Part shown: positions 1-9,683 of the stretch, piece after piece
Layout: the number at the start of each line of letters is the position of its first letter
Position numbering within the stretch: the first letter of the stretch is position 1
Origin: Candidatus Aenigmatarchaeota archaeon
Lineage (GTDB): Archaea > Aenigmatarchaeota > Aenigmatarchaeia > CG10238-14 > SCSR01
DNA: 64,000 nucleotides
Reading direction: 5' to 3'
NCBI GenBank assembly: GCA_038998585.1
Contig: JAVZGQ010000001.1
Span: 9,684-73,683 of the forward strand
The notes under the pieces: generated by a model
Told to the model about the DNA's origin: nothing
The model's input: the letters and a program-made list of their open reading frames with translations, nothing else
Database searches by the model: none
Made by a program: the position numbers and the translations under genes

Positions 1-295
1 TTTTATAATCAAAAATTAAATCAGAAGTTTTATATAATGCAAAATTCTTAACAAACAATTTATATTCCTCCAAATTAAATTTCAAATCCTCACAATCTTT
101 GCTTAAAGCTACGGTCTCTTTTGCCTTTTCAACTATGTTATTGAAAATGAAGAAATCTTCTCTAATTGCAACGGAAGAAGTATCTGTAATTGTGTAAGGC
201 TCAATCCATTGGCTGACATAAAATATCGTGGTAATTATGGCAAAAGCTGAAAGTAAGAAAAACTGGGCCTTATTAGATTTTAATAAATTGTGCAT
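1..295 (-). CDS. Pilin-like protein with class III signal peptide (partial, runs off window start)
   Basis: Manual translation MHNLLKSNKAQFFLLSAFAII...; KAQ plus hydrophobic stretch; frame open to window edge. Confidence 0.6.
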   Translation of the reverse strand, partial: MHNLLKSNKAQFFLLSAFAIITTIFYVSQWIEPYTITDTSSVAIREDFFIFNNIVEKAKETVALSKDCEDLKFNLEEYKLFVKNFALYKTSDLIFDYK

Positions 296-572
296 GCGGT
301 ACGCCATCAATTAAAATTACATTTTCTTTAACGATAAAACCATTATTGCTAGCAAGCTCAACTATATTCTTTCCTATCAAGTTCCCTATAGTGGCTTTAC
401 TTAAAAGCTTTAAAGCAACATTCTCATCTACAAGATTCCCCCCATAAAACTTTTCACTTACATTTACACTTATTTTCTTATCTTTCATCTTTAGCTTTTT
501 CCCCAGAAGTTCCTCATCACACATTACCACAACTATATCTTTTTTATCTGTAAAAACATTACACCAAAACAT
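273..572 (-). CDS. DUF424 family protein
   Basis: VVMCDEELLGK, FYGG, NLIGK and IDGVPHAQ motifs; next to aIF2-beta. Confidence 0.75.
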   Translation of the reverse strand: MFWCNVFTDKKDIVVVMCDEELLGKKLKMKDKKISVNVSEKFYGGNLVDENVALKLLSKATIGNLIGKNIVELASNNGFIVKENVILIDGVPHAQFIKI

Positions 573-581
573 TTTAGACCC

Positions 582-986
582 TCAGACATTTTCTATAGGG
601 TACTTCGTACCACAGGCTTCACAAACTAGGAAGACCAACCTATCTTCTTTCACCACTTTTGTGTCTGGCTCGCCACAAATTTTACAATAAACAAATTTTT
701 TGATATAAGAGTTAAGCTTTTCTTGAAGCAGGCCACTTGGGAGTTTTCTCTGAAAAATCAGATAAGATCCTTGAATTGATCCAGGAGTTGCAAGTTCTTT
801 CAAAAGATATTTAGATAAATGAGTCGGATCCCTTCTCAATATGTCGGCTATTGCCCCAAAGTTTTTGAATATAGTTTTCGTACCACTGAATTCAAGTTCA
901 ACGTTCGGTACCACAAATCTTTTTTTGTCTTCAGTTTTCTTCGGCAATTTTTCTATGGCTTTCTTCAATAATTCTTCATAATTCAT
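582..986 (-). CDS. eif2b: Translation initiation factor aIF-2 beta
   Basis: YEELLKKA, LRRDPTHL..YLLKELAT, C-terminal zinc ribbon CKICGEPDT...CEACG. Confidence 0.92.
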   Translation of the reverse strand: MNYEELLKKAIEKLPKKTEDKKRFVVPNVELEFSGTKTIFKNFGAIADILRRDPTHLSKYLLKELATPGSIQGSYLIFQRKLPSGLLQEKLNSYIKKFVYCKICGEPDTKVVKEDRLVFLVCEACGTKYPIENV

Positions 987-1723
987 ATTTTCACCTTTTT
1001 CAAGAAACCTGGTCTTGGTTCAAACAAATCCCCTGAACTCAAGAGATCATTTATCGCATTTTCGATCACTCTTTCAGGCAGATGTATGACTTCAAATAAT
1101 TTTCCAATTTCCACACCATCGCCCCTGTCCATTTTACATATTATTTCAAGTATTTTTGGCTTATAATCTATATCTTTTACAAATTTTAAATTCTCCCTAA
1201 TAACACTCAAGCCTTCTTCATCCAAACCATATTTTTTCTTTATATATTTTTTCAACTCATCTTCTGACATCTGTTCAACCAAACTTCTTATTTCTTCAAC
1301 CATTTTCTTCTTATCCCTCAATTCCTTCAGTATTTCAAGCTTCCTTAAGTTTTCATAGTTAGGGTCTTCAAGCTTCCTTAAAATCTCTGCGACAACGTAA
1401 ATTTCACCATTATATTCTTTCAGCTTACCTATAACAACCAGCAAATCTCCTTTTGAAATGTTTTTTATAAGTTTAACATTATTTCCAAAAACTTTTACCC
1501 TAATAGAAGATGTACCATCTTCTATTGTAATGCTCCCATAACTCTCGTCTTCTGAAATAAACAAATCAACTAAAGTGCCTACCAAATTCACCCTTGAAAT
1601 TTTTTCTCCAAATTGTGTGATTACATAGCTTGGTTTCATTTCTAACTTGTTGCCGTGAAAAAATACACCATTGACTAAATCAAAAATTCTAACTTTTTTT
1701 GATACAACTCTTTTCTTCTCCAC
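983..1723 (-). CDS. RPA32-like OB-fold ssDNA-binding protein with C-terminal winged helix
   Basis: RVNLVGT, TIEDGTSSIRVKVF, VIGKLKEY; C-terminal G.LFEPRPG motif. Confidence 0.7.
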   Translation of the reverse strand: MEKKRVVSKKVRIFDLVNGVFFHGNKLEMKPSYVITQFGEKISRVNLVGTLVDLFISEDESYGSITIEDGTSSIRVKVFGNNVKLIKNISKGDLLVVIGKLKEYNGEIYVVAEILRKLEDPNYENLRKLEILKELRDKKKMVEEIRSLVEQMSEDELKKYIKKKYGLDEEGLSVIRENLKFVKDIDYKPKILEIICKMDRGDGVEIGKLFEVIHLPERVIENAINDLLSSGDLFEPRPGFLKKVKI

Positions 1724-1755
1724 GATTAAAATTAGTTGTTAAAATTAATAATTTA

Positions 1756-4700
1756 TCACATTTTTTGTAAAATTCCTACTTTAGGCTCAAACAAATCTCC
1801 TTTATTTTTTAACTCGTTCAAGATCTTCTCCACATCAAATTCTTTGAGTCCTTTATCTTTTGCAATTCTAAGTATATCTTCTTTTGGGATGGTATTCCCC
1901 ATAGTTTTTGACAATTCTTCTATGATATCCAGAACAACCCTTATCTTACCCCTTTCAGACGCAGTTGTTCTACCTTCAAGCCTATCAACATCAAACTTAC
2001 CAGTTTCGGCCTCAAATCCAAATTCTCTTAATGAGGCTTTCATCAAGTTTATGGCCCTTATGGCGTCTTCTCTTGTCACAACATCTCTTAACTGAACTTT
2101 TGCAGAAGCTTCCGCCAGTCTTATTAAAGCCTCATACTGTCTTAGAGTTATAGGAACAGCGGCCTCTTCAGCGCTGACTTTTTCTCTAAGAGACACAAAA
2201 AAGTTCTTTATTTCTTCCCCAGCTTCTCTAGATAGCTTTGGATGACAATTCTTTCTTGCGTAGGCTATATATTTCTTGAGAAATTCTGAATCTATTAATG
2301 GCCCCACATCTTCTTCTCCATAATGTCTTGATTTCAAAATGTGCTCAGCAACTTTAGCATCAATCTCAGGGTTTGGTATGTCACGTAAGGCAAACTTTAA
2401 ATCAAACCTCGAGAGCAAAGTTTCTGGAACATCTATTTGCTCTTTTATTGGTAAATAAGGGTCGAATCTCCCTAGCTTTGGGTTTCCACCGGCAAGAATC
2501 GAAGTCTGAGCCGGCAGGGTTGCTACTATGCTAGCTTTAGCTATGCTTATAGTTTGCTGCTCCATTGCTTCATGTAAAGCGACCTGATCACTTTTTTCCA
2601 CTTTTTCAAACTCATCTATAGCACAAAGTGATTTGTTACACATGACTAAAGCACCAGCTTCTAGAACCCAACCACCCAAAAATTCTTCATCTCTAACTAC
2701 AGTTGCGGTATTATGAATAATAATGCCATTTGCAACAAAACTGTGTTCATCTTCAACTGTTATATCATACACATACTCATAGTCTTTATTTTCTATTATC
2801 TCTACCTTTTCAATCCTATCCCAAAAAATATCTGATTCAACAAATTTTACAAGATCTTTAATTTGACCAAACTTATTCAACAATTTTTTCAAAAAGCTGC
2901 GTGTGGGTTTTCTTATATTTTTTTCATATTCGTAGCTTTTATATCCATAAAATTCTTTAGCGGATAGACCAAGTTCATTTCTAATTTCTCTTAATAAATT
3001 ACCAATTTCTGGAATTACATCAATATTTGAATTTTCTTTAGAACATTTTTCTATTATTTCGTCTAATTTTTTTGATTTGTATTTATCTCTAAATCCTATT
3101 TTTTTTCTAAAAATTTTAAGATTTTTCAAACCATTGATTACAAGAACATATTTCTTCCCAGAGTTAACCGTCCGACCTCTTAAAGATGTCCTGGGACTTT
3201 TTTCTCTCACTAAAGAAATTATGCCATATCTCAACAAGAGTAATTGCAATACTCTTATGAATTCTTTGCTATTTGACGAGAGCTCCACACGGTTTGATCT
3301 TTTAGAGTTTTTTTCAATTACAGAACCACTGGTATCAAATATTACCTGAAGATAAGTGGCTAAAATATTTTTTGGAAGTAGTGATAATTCTTCTGCGAAT
3401 TTCGACTCATCTGTTTCATATTCCTTCACAGCCCCATATTTACTGAAAGTCATTGGGTTGAAAATAAAATAAGGGACCCTGCTATGGTATGGTTCTATAC
3501 ATAATTCTTTCCAACACACAGTCCTAAAGCCCATTAAAAAATCATCACAGATTTTTAAAAACTTTATATCGAATCCTTCTCGATTGTTTCTTGGTATGCT
3601 TCTATCATTCACCACTGACCCTATCGGGTGTGTCAAATCTGAATTAATAGAAAACAAAGTATTTATTTTATATCCATGACATTTGCTCAAAACTATATTC
3701 TTTGGTAATTCACCCAACGACTTTGTCTGGTTAGATTTATTTTCATTTACAGAACAAATGCGTGGTGTAGCGATATATTCTCCTTGAATTAACTCAGATG
3801 CAGGCTTCCAGCATATTTTAGCATTTTTTATCACCGGAATCGGGTTTTCTGGAGTAACTATAACTTCTTTCCCTGTTTGAGTTACTACTTTAACCATTTT
3901 TTTTGGAGCTTTTAATTTCCAATATCTTGTTATTCTAAGTGGTTTTAACTTTAAATTTTCTTGGTCAAATGAAAGAATCTTTCTTGGGGAACCCTGTGTC
4001 ACAAAACCGTCTTCGATTTTTTCAAAATCTTTTTTTAGTTCCTCTTCCACTAACTTTCCTATTTGTATTAATGACCCATCTTCTAATTGCACTAAGGTCT
4101 CGTAAACTGTACACAGTCCTGCGGCGGTGACACCCTTACCAGACACATATTTCCCCCTGGGAATTAAGGTTGAAACCACTTTCATCAAAGCACTCTTAGC
4201 AGTTGAAGGATCCCCAACCAATAATATGTGAATATCACCCCTTACTCTAGATTTGTCCTTCTGCACGTGCTGCTCCCCACCAAACAACTGTAGTACAATA
4301 GCTTCTTTTATGTGTTCTAGTCCATACAAGCTTGGTGCGATGGATGTCACGAGCTTTGAGTATATTTCAGGATCTTTTGAAAATTCCACAATCATTTTCT
4401 CATCTTCAGGAGTTATTTCTAGCTCCTCCCACTCAACTTCCACACTTTCGACAGAATTAGCGTCAATGTAAATTTCAAGCTGCCTGGATCTTGTACCCTT
4501 AACTCTTCTTGGAATTTGCTTCAACACACCTACAACTTTTATCCTATTTCCAGGATCAGTTTTGTTCTGCATTTTTGGTGAAGTTAAATCTTCTTTTAAG
4601 AAGATCATTATCTCAGAAGGTCTTTCACCGCTTGTTATTTCGAAAGGCTCTTCAATTGTTATCCACCTAGCATCGTAAAGTTTTTGATCTATTAACTTGA

Positions 4701-5169
4701 AATTCCTTCTGTTTCCACATTGACAATCATTTGGTGGTATTATGAATCTTTCAGTTTGAATAACATTTATCTTAGCTCCACACTCAAGACATTGAAAAAT
4801 AGCTTCTGAGACCTCTGGTCTAATTTCACTCGCTCTTTTAACAATACCATCAACAGATATCAGCTTGCCTATGTGTTCTGCTCTTATGTTCCTTATCCTT
4901 ATTTGTCTTTCTTCTGGTAAGTTAAAAAACCTTATTCTTATGTTCGTGCTGCTCGGCAAATCTATTTGCTTCAGAGAATCTTCTATTGCTGTTAAAACTT
5001 CATCGGGATTTTCAAGCAAGTAGTCTGCAAGCTCAGGGTCGAATTTATCTAAAACTGAAAAATCAACTAGCAAGGATTTTTTGCCTTCGATTGTAGTTGC
5101 GACTAATTCATTGTAGAAATATTCTTTAAAAAATTCAGCAAACTTTTCAACTATTTCTCCTCTTTCCAT
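1756..5169 (-). CDS. mcm: Replicative helicase MCM (contains intein); likely start MERGE at 5169
   Basis: Zn finger, Walker A GDPSTAKS, IDEFEK, LLSRFDL, ITLRQYE. Confidence 0.95.
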   Translation of the reverse strand: MERGEIVEKFAEFFKEYFYNELVATTIEGKKSLLVDFSVLDKFDPELADYLLENPDEVLTAIEDSLKQIDLPSSTNIRIRFFNLPEERQIRIRNIRAEHIGKLISVDGIVKRASEIRPEVSEAIFQCLECGAKINVIQTERFIIPPNDCQCGNRRNFKLIDQKLYDARWITIEEPFEITSGERPSEIMIFLKEDLTSPKMQNKTDPGNRIKVVGVLKQIPRRVKGTRSRQLEIYIDANSVESVEVEWEELEITPEDEKMIVEFSKDPEIYSKLVTSIAPSLYGLEHIKEAIVLQLFGGEQHVQKDKSRVRGDIHILLVGDPSTAKSALMKVVSTLIPRGKYVSGKGVTAAGLCTVYETLVQLEDGSLIQIGKLVEEELKKDFEKIEDGFVTQGSPRKILSFDQENLKLKPLRITRYWKLKAPKKMVKVVTQTGKEVIVTPENPIPVIKNAKICWKPASELIQGEYIATPRICSVNENKSNQTKSLGELPKNIVLSKCHGYKINTLFSINSDLTHPIGSVVNDRSIPRNNREGFDIKFLKICDDFLMGFRTVCWKELCIEPYHSRVPYFIFNPMTFSKYGAVKEYETDESKFAEELSLLPKNILATYLQVIFDTSGSVIEKNSKRSNRVELSSNSKEFIRVLQLLLLRYGIISLVREKSPRTSLRGRTVNSGKKYVLVINGLKNLKIFRKKIGFRDKYKSKKLDEIIEKCSKENSNIDVIPEIGNLLREIRNELGLSAKEFYGYKSYEYEKNIRKPTRSFLKKLLNKFGQIKDLVKFVESDIFWDRIEKVEIIENKDYEYVYDITVEDEHSFVANGIIIHNTATVVRDEEFLGGWVLEAGALVMCNKSLCAIDEFEKVEKSDQVALHEAMEQQTISIAKASIVATLPAQTSILAGGNPKLGRFDPYLPIKEQIDVPETLLSRFDLKFALRDIPNPEIDAKVAEHILKSRHYGEEDVGPLIDSEFLKKYIAYARKNCHPKLSREAGEEIKNFFVSLREKVSAEEAAVPITLRQYEALIRLAEASAKVQLRDVVTREDAIRAINLMKASLREFGFEAETGKFDVDRLEGRTTASERGKIRVVLDIIEELSKTMGNTIPKEDILRIAKDKGLKEFDVEKILNELKNKGDLFEPKVGILQKM
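2710..4113 (-). mobile_element. Intein (468 aa) in MCM with degenerate LAGLIDADG endonuclease and HTH-like region
   Basis: AAGL|CTVYET...VTPENPI...VYDITVEDEHSFVANGIIIHN|TAT; removal restores GL-TATVVRDE. Confidence 0.92.
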
Positions 5170-5251
5170 GACAATTATTTCTACGCACTTATTAATTTTA
5201 AGTTTTTTGGAATGATGAAAAAAATTAAAAAGTAAGTAAAATGTTCGCAGT

Positions 5252-5806
5252 TTATTCATTGATTATTGCTTTGATTTCCTTCAGCCTCTTGTAAACTTTA
5301 TCCAGGGCATTCTTCACATCTTTTACGCTTCTACCCCCAGTGCAAACTATTTTACCAGATCCAAAGAGCAAGAAAGCAACCTTCGGCTCATCCATCCTAT
5401 AAACCAATCCTGGAAACTGCTCTGGTTCATATTCTGAATTTTCAAGTTTGAGGGCAATTGTATCTAAGTTAAGATTTCCTTCTATCTTAGCTGAGGCCAC
5501 TATGTTTTCAACTTGTATTTTAAAATTTTTTGGGACTTGAACTCCCACACTTTTGATCACAGAAACAATTTTTTTAAAGACAGCGTTAACATCCTCTATG
5601 TTTCTTGCCCCGGTACATACTATCTTTCCAGAACTAAAGATTAGAGCAGCTGCTTTCGGCTCATCCATCCTATAAACCAATCCTGGAAACTGCTCTGGTT
5701 CATATTCCATTCCTTCAAGCTTTGAAACTATTTTTTCAAGAGGCACTTCCACATGTAAAGAAGCTGATGCAACTATATTTTCGATTTTTATTTTGAAATC
5801 TGACAT
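5252..5806 (-). CDS. tbp: TATA-box binding protein
   Basis: Two ENIVASA...EYEPEQFPGLVYRM...F.SGKIVCTG repeats. Confidence 0.97.
   Translation of the reverse strand: MSDFKIKIENIVASASLHVEVPLEKIVSKLEGMEYEPEQFPGLVYRMDEPKAAALIFSSGKIVCTGARNIEDVNAVFKKIVSVIKSVGVQVPKNFKIQVENIVASAKIEGNLNLDTIALKLENSEYEPEQFPGLVYRMDEPKVAFLLFGSGKIVCTGGRSVKDVKNALDKVYKRLKEIKAIINE
5382..5707. repeat. Perfect 53-bp direct repeat inside tbp (5382-5434 and 5655-5707)
   Basis: TTCGGCTCATCCATCCTATAAACCAATCCTGGAAACTGCTCTGGTTCATATTC occurs twice. Confidence 0.95.
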
Positions 5807-5882
5807 GGTATCACTACTTATATTTATATTTTACTAAAAGTATTTAAAGGGTTTTAAATAAAAGCTCTTAAATATTTTTATT

Positions 5883-6362
5883 ATGATAGATTTTCTTTTC
5901 TCTTTTCTCCGGGAATATGGTTTGTTTGCCCTTTTTCTAAGTTCACTCTCTTCTAATTTTTTGCTTTTCCCAGCTTTTGTAGAACTTTCTTGTATAGTCT
6001 TTCTCAGTCTCGGTTTTACACCATTTTCTATATTTATTTCATTAATTACCGGCTCAGTTTTAGGCGGGTTGTTGAGCTATTTTTTTGGTTTTTTTGGCTC
6101 TGCAAGTTTGTTAAAATACAAGGAAAGAATAAGAGATATGGAAAAAATAATAGAGAGATATGGAAATTTTTCAGTTTTTTTGGTGTCTTTTTTACCCGTT
6201 CCATTCCCCTTTACACTTTTTGCTATGTTGGTTGGTTTTTTAAAGATGAATGTAAAAACTTTTTTGCTTGCAATGACTGCTGGGAAAGCTTTGAGAGTAT
6301 GTCTTTCGCTTTTTGTTCTTACTTGGGGCTTTAGAGTTTTGAGTTTTTATCATCTGGTTTAG
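5883..6362 (+). CDS. VTT/DedA (YqaA-like) membrane protein
   Basis: Hydrophobic; GSVLGG..SYFFG, ERYG, LPVPFPF, GKALR pattern. Confidence 0.75.
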   Translation: MIDFLFSFLREYGLFALFLSSLSSNFLLFPAFVELSCIVFLSLGFTPFSIFISLITGSVLGGLLSYFFGFFGSASLLKYKERIRDMEKIIERYGNFSVFLVSFLPVPFPFTLFAMLVGFLKMNVKTFLLAMTAGKALRVCLSLFVLTWGFRVLSFYHLV

Positions 6363-6974
6363 ATGTAATTTTATAGCAAAAATGAGCTAAATCCTAACAA
6401 TGGAAATATGAATTTTTTGTACAAATCTTCTCACACCAACACTAAAATCAAAGCTATGGCCTCAAATTCTTTTCCAAACAAGAATTTTTTAAATAAAATA
6501 TTCTACAAAAATCTTAGTCTCTCCTGTATTTTTTCCCTTGATTTTCTGCGCTTCTTTTAATTTCAAATTTCTTATAATGTCACTTAACCACTCTTTGCAG
6601 TCAACACGGATAATCTAAATTCTTAATAAGAAATCATGACTAGTGAAAATTCAACAAAGACCCCTTAAACCCCATAGAGTTATTTTTTATTTTTTATTGG
6701 TTCTTGTATTGTTTTTTCTCTAAATTTTTCTATTTCTTCTAAATCTATCGTCACAAATTAATTATAGCCTATTTAAAGTGAAAGAAATTGTTTAGTTCCC
6801 TAGATTTTATTTTGTGTAAATTCTATATCTTCATTTAGAAAAATGTTCTGGCGGGGTAATAAATGAATTCAAAAAACCGGTTGTTTACAAATACTTAAAG
6901 AATTATAAAAAATTAATTTAGTAAAGTGTTCAAATGATTTATAACATAAAATACTGACTAAAAGGGGTGATTTA

Positions 6975-7708
6975 ATGTTAATAGCAGGTATCGATGAGGC
7001 TGGTAGAAAACGATAAGTCTGGAGGATTTTCGTTTGCCATAAGGTGCTCTCATCGGTCCGATGGTCATAGCTGGAGTTGTGATAGACGATAAAGACGAGA
7101 AGAAACTTAAAAAAATAGGAGTGAAGGATTCTAAGCTTTTATCTCCAAGAAGAAGGGAAGAACTTGCCAAAAAAATAGAAGAAATAGCAAAGAATATTGT
7201 TGTTTTAAGAGTCCAGCCTTGCAAAATAGATTCTTATCGTGCTAAAGGTATAAATTTGGATAAAATAGAAGCCATGAAGATGGCAGAAATAATTGGGATG
7301 TTTGGTGCAAAAAAAGTTTTCATCGATTCTTTGGAACAAAATGCAAAAAAATTCGAAAATCTAATCAGGAGTTTTTTAAATGAAAGAGATCTTGAGCTAA
7401 TTGTTAAAAATTATTTGGACGAATCAATACCAGTCGTATCTGCAGCTAGTATAATTGCCAAAGTTGAACGCGATGCTGCAATAGAAGAGATAAAGAAAAA
7501 AGAGGGAACAGATTTTGGAGTGGGGTACAGTCATGATCCTAGAACTATAGAATTTGTTGAGAGATTGATAAAAGAAGGAAAAGGAAAACTTCCCTCTTAT
7601 GTTAGGCAATCGTGGATAACAACCCAAGAATTAAAGAAGAGATCTCTTCAACAAAAAATTAAAGATTTCTTTAAAAAAGACGAAAAAATTAAAAGGGAAA
7701 AAGTATGA
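6975..7708 (+). CDS. rnhB: Ribonuclease HII, split by a 35-nt intron (exons 6975-7006 and 7042-7708; 232 aa)
   Basis: SD GGGGTGA, then MLIAGIDEAGR|GALIGPMVIAG after splicing; DSKLL, VSAASIIAKVERD, GVGY..DP. Confidence 0.92.
7007..7041 (+). other. BHB mRNA intron in rnhB (35 nt)
   Basis: Helix TGGT/GCCA, bulges AGA and TAA, intron stem AAACGA/TCGTTT; cutting after bulge nt 2 restores the frame. Confidence 0.88.
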
Positions 7709-7956
7709 AAATTGAGCAAAAAATAGTGACAGTTTACACAATCCTGGGTTTAATTTTAGGATTCTTGACAAATTATTTACATAAAATTTTTGGGTTGGCT
7801 GCCGCAGTAGCAATTTCATTTGCCATTTATTTTTCTTCTTTAACTCTTCTCTCCACTTTTGTGAATAAGAGAACCATGCTATTTTATAACAGTTTCATCA
7901 CTTTCTTTTTACTTTGGTTGACAATATGGATTTTATTTTATAATTTGGGTGTTTGA
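7705..7956 (+). CDS. Small membrane protein (possibly EMC6-like)
   Basis: 83 aa, about three hydrophobic segments, overlaps rnhB stop. Confidence 0.55.
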   Translation: MKIEQKIVTVYTILGLILGFLTNYLHKIFGLAAAVAISFAIYFSSLTLLSTFVNKRTMLFYNSFITFFLLWLTIWILFYNLGV

Positions 7957-9261
7957 ATGAGAAGAATTTTCACTAAAGAGCTGGCGAAGTTTGTTGGAAA
8001 AAGGGTAAATATTTTTGGTTGGGTCCACGATGTCAGATTTTTAGGTAAAATTAATTTTTTAATTCTAAGAGATAGGGAAGGGATGGTTCAAGTTATTGCT
8101 CAAAAGGATAAAATCTCAGAAGAGGCTTTCAATTCTATAAAAAAACTTCATCAAGAAGACGTTGTTTCAATTCAAGGGAAAGTCGTGGAGAGTAAAGTAA
8201 AAAAGGGAGTTGAAGTTTTGCTAGAGAGTATAGAGGTTGTAAGCAAAGCACATGTTCCATTGCCTCTAGATCCAAGATGGGTGACACCAGCAAACTTGGA
8301 TACGAGGTTAGAGTGGAGACCATTAGACTTGAGGAGAAAAGATAACATTGCCATATTTAGAATACAGGCAAAAATTGTTGAAGGAATGACAGAATTTTTA
8401 AGAAAGAAAGGCTTCTTACAAGTTTTCACACCATCTCTAATTGGTGGGATTTCTGAAGGTGGTGCGGATGTTTTCAAAATAAATTTTTTTGGTAAGGAAG
8501 CTTTCCTAAGGCAAGATCCACAACTACATAGACAACTGTTGATATTAGCAGGATTTGAAAAAATTTTTGATGTTGGTGCAAACTGGAGGGCAGAGCCTTC
8601 CGACACACCATACCATTTAGCAGAACACAGAAGCATAGCTCCTGAGCTTGTGTTGAAGGATGAAAGTGATATGATGAAATTGGAAGAAGAGATGGTAAGA
8701 TATGGGATAAAAAAAATTATAGAGGAATGTGGTGACGAGCTCAAAACCCTTGGTAAAGAAATAGAAATTCCTAAAAAATCTTTCCCAGAGCTGAGATTCC
8801 CAAAAATCTATGATATATTGAAAGAATATGGTAAAGAACTACCTTTTGGTTCAGATGTAGATAAGGAAGCTGAAAAAATACTATTGAAATATGTTAAAGA
8901 AAAATTCAAGCATGATTTCTTTTTCATAAACAGATTTCCATCAAAAATTAAGCCTTTTTATGTCATGCGTGTAGATGATGAACCTGAATGGGCTAGAAGT
9001 GTTGACCTGATTTTTAAAGGGCTGGAAGTGTCTTCAGGGGGTCAGAGAGAACATAGGTACGAAAAAATAATTCAACAGGTGAAAGAAAAGGGCATGAATC
9101 TAGAGCATATAAAATGGTTTACAGAACATTTTAAGTATGGCGCTCCTCCCCATGGAGGCTTTAGCTTGGGTTTAGAAAGGTTTACTATGCAGCTCCTTGA
9201 TATAGTGAATATAAAAGAGGCAGTTCTTTTCCCCAGATATTTAACAAGAATATTACCATAA
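7957..9261 (+). CDS. aspS: Aspartyl-tRNA synthetase, archaeal type, with divergent motifs
   Basis: OB-fold GWVH..R, FLILRDREG, SGGQREHRY, GAPPHGGFSLGLER. Confidence 0.88.
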   Translation: MRRIFTKELAKFVGKRVNIFGWVHDVRFLGKINFLILRDREGMVQVIAQKDKISEEAFNSIKKLHQEDVVSIQGKVVESKVKKGVEVLLESIEVVSKAHVPLPLDPRWVTPANLDTRLEWRPLDLRRKDNIAIFRIQAKIVEGMTEFLRKKGFLQVFTPSLIGGISEGGADVFKINFFGKEAFLRQDPQLHRQLLILAGFEKIFDVGANWRAEPSDTPYHLAEHRSIAPELVLKDESDMMKLEEEMVRYGIKKIIEECGDELKTLGKEIEIPKKSFPELRFPKIYDILKEYGKELPFGSDVDKEAEKILLKYVKEKFKHDFFFINRFPSKIKPFYVMRVDDEPEWARSVDLIFKGLEVSSGGQREHRYEKIIQQVKEKGMNLEHIKWFTEHFKYGAPPHGGFSLGLERFTMQLLDIVNIKEAVLFPRYLTRILP

Positions 9262-9501
9262 GAATTTCTTTCTCAAAAATAGTTTTACAGCCTCAACATG
9301 GGAGCAATACTTTCCTTTTAGAGTGAAATAAGCACAATCACAAAGAAACTTTCTACTCCTTTTTTCAAAAATCACAGAATGTTCTTCAGATTCCCCACGA
9401 ACCTTAAAATGAATTCTTTTATCGGTTTCTAGTTCTTTCCCAACCATTCCTCCTTCAAACAATTTTTTTGCTTTAGTTTTGATCTCGCTTGAGATTTTCA
9501 T
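9253..9501 (-). CDS. SWIM zinc-finger protein (start MKISSE)
   Basis: CDC...KYCSHVEAV SWIM signature. Confidence 0.75.
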   Translation of the reverse strand: MKISSEIKTKAKKLFEGGMVGKELETDKRIHFKVRGESEEHSVIFEKRSRKFLCDCAYFTLKGKYCSHVEAVKLFLRKKFLW

Positions 9502-9554
9502 CAATTGAATATTGAGCTCAAGATTTAAATTGATGAAAAAATAAAAAGAAATTG

Positions 9555-9680
9555 ATGAAAAAGTTTTGTGATATTTGTAAAAAACCTGTTCGTGAGGTAG
9601 GAAGACTTTATCGCCATCGTTTTCTCGATGTTTGTAAGAAGTGTAGGGAAAAACTGAAAAAGAATAGGAGATTAACATAA
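9555..9680 (+). CDS. Small zinc-finger protein (41 aa), not in ORF track
   Basis: MKKFCDICKKPVREVGRLYRHRFLDVCKKCREKLKKNRRLT; two CxxC; stop 3 nt before dph2. Confidence 0.65.
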   Translation: MKKFCDICKKPVREVGRLYRHRFLDVCKKCREKLKKNRRLT

Positions 9681-9683
9681 ATT

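Noticed and set aside
5170..5259. N-terminal extension of MCM in the ORF track
   Set aside because: Low-complexity intergenic-like sequence; MCM similarity begins at MERGE (5169)
6363..6960. 600-nt gap between the VTT gene and rnhB with coding-like fragments on the - strand
   Set aside because: Multiple stops and no recognisable family or structure; possibly a decayed gene but unsupported
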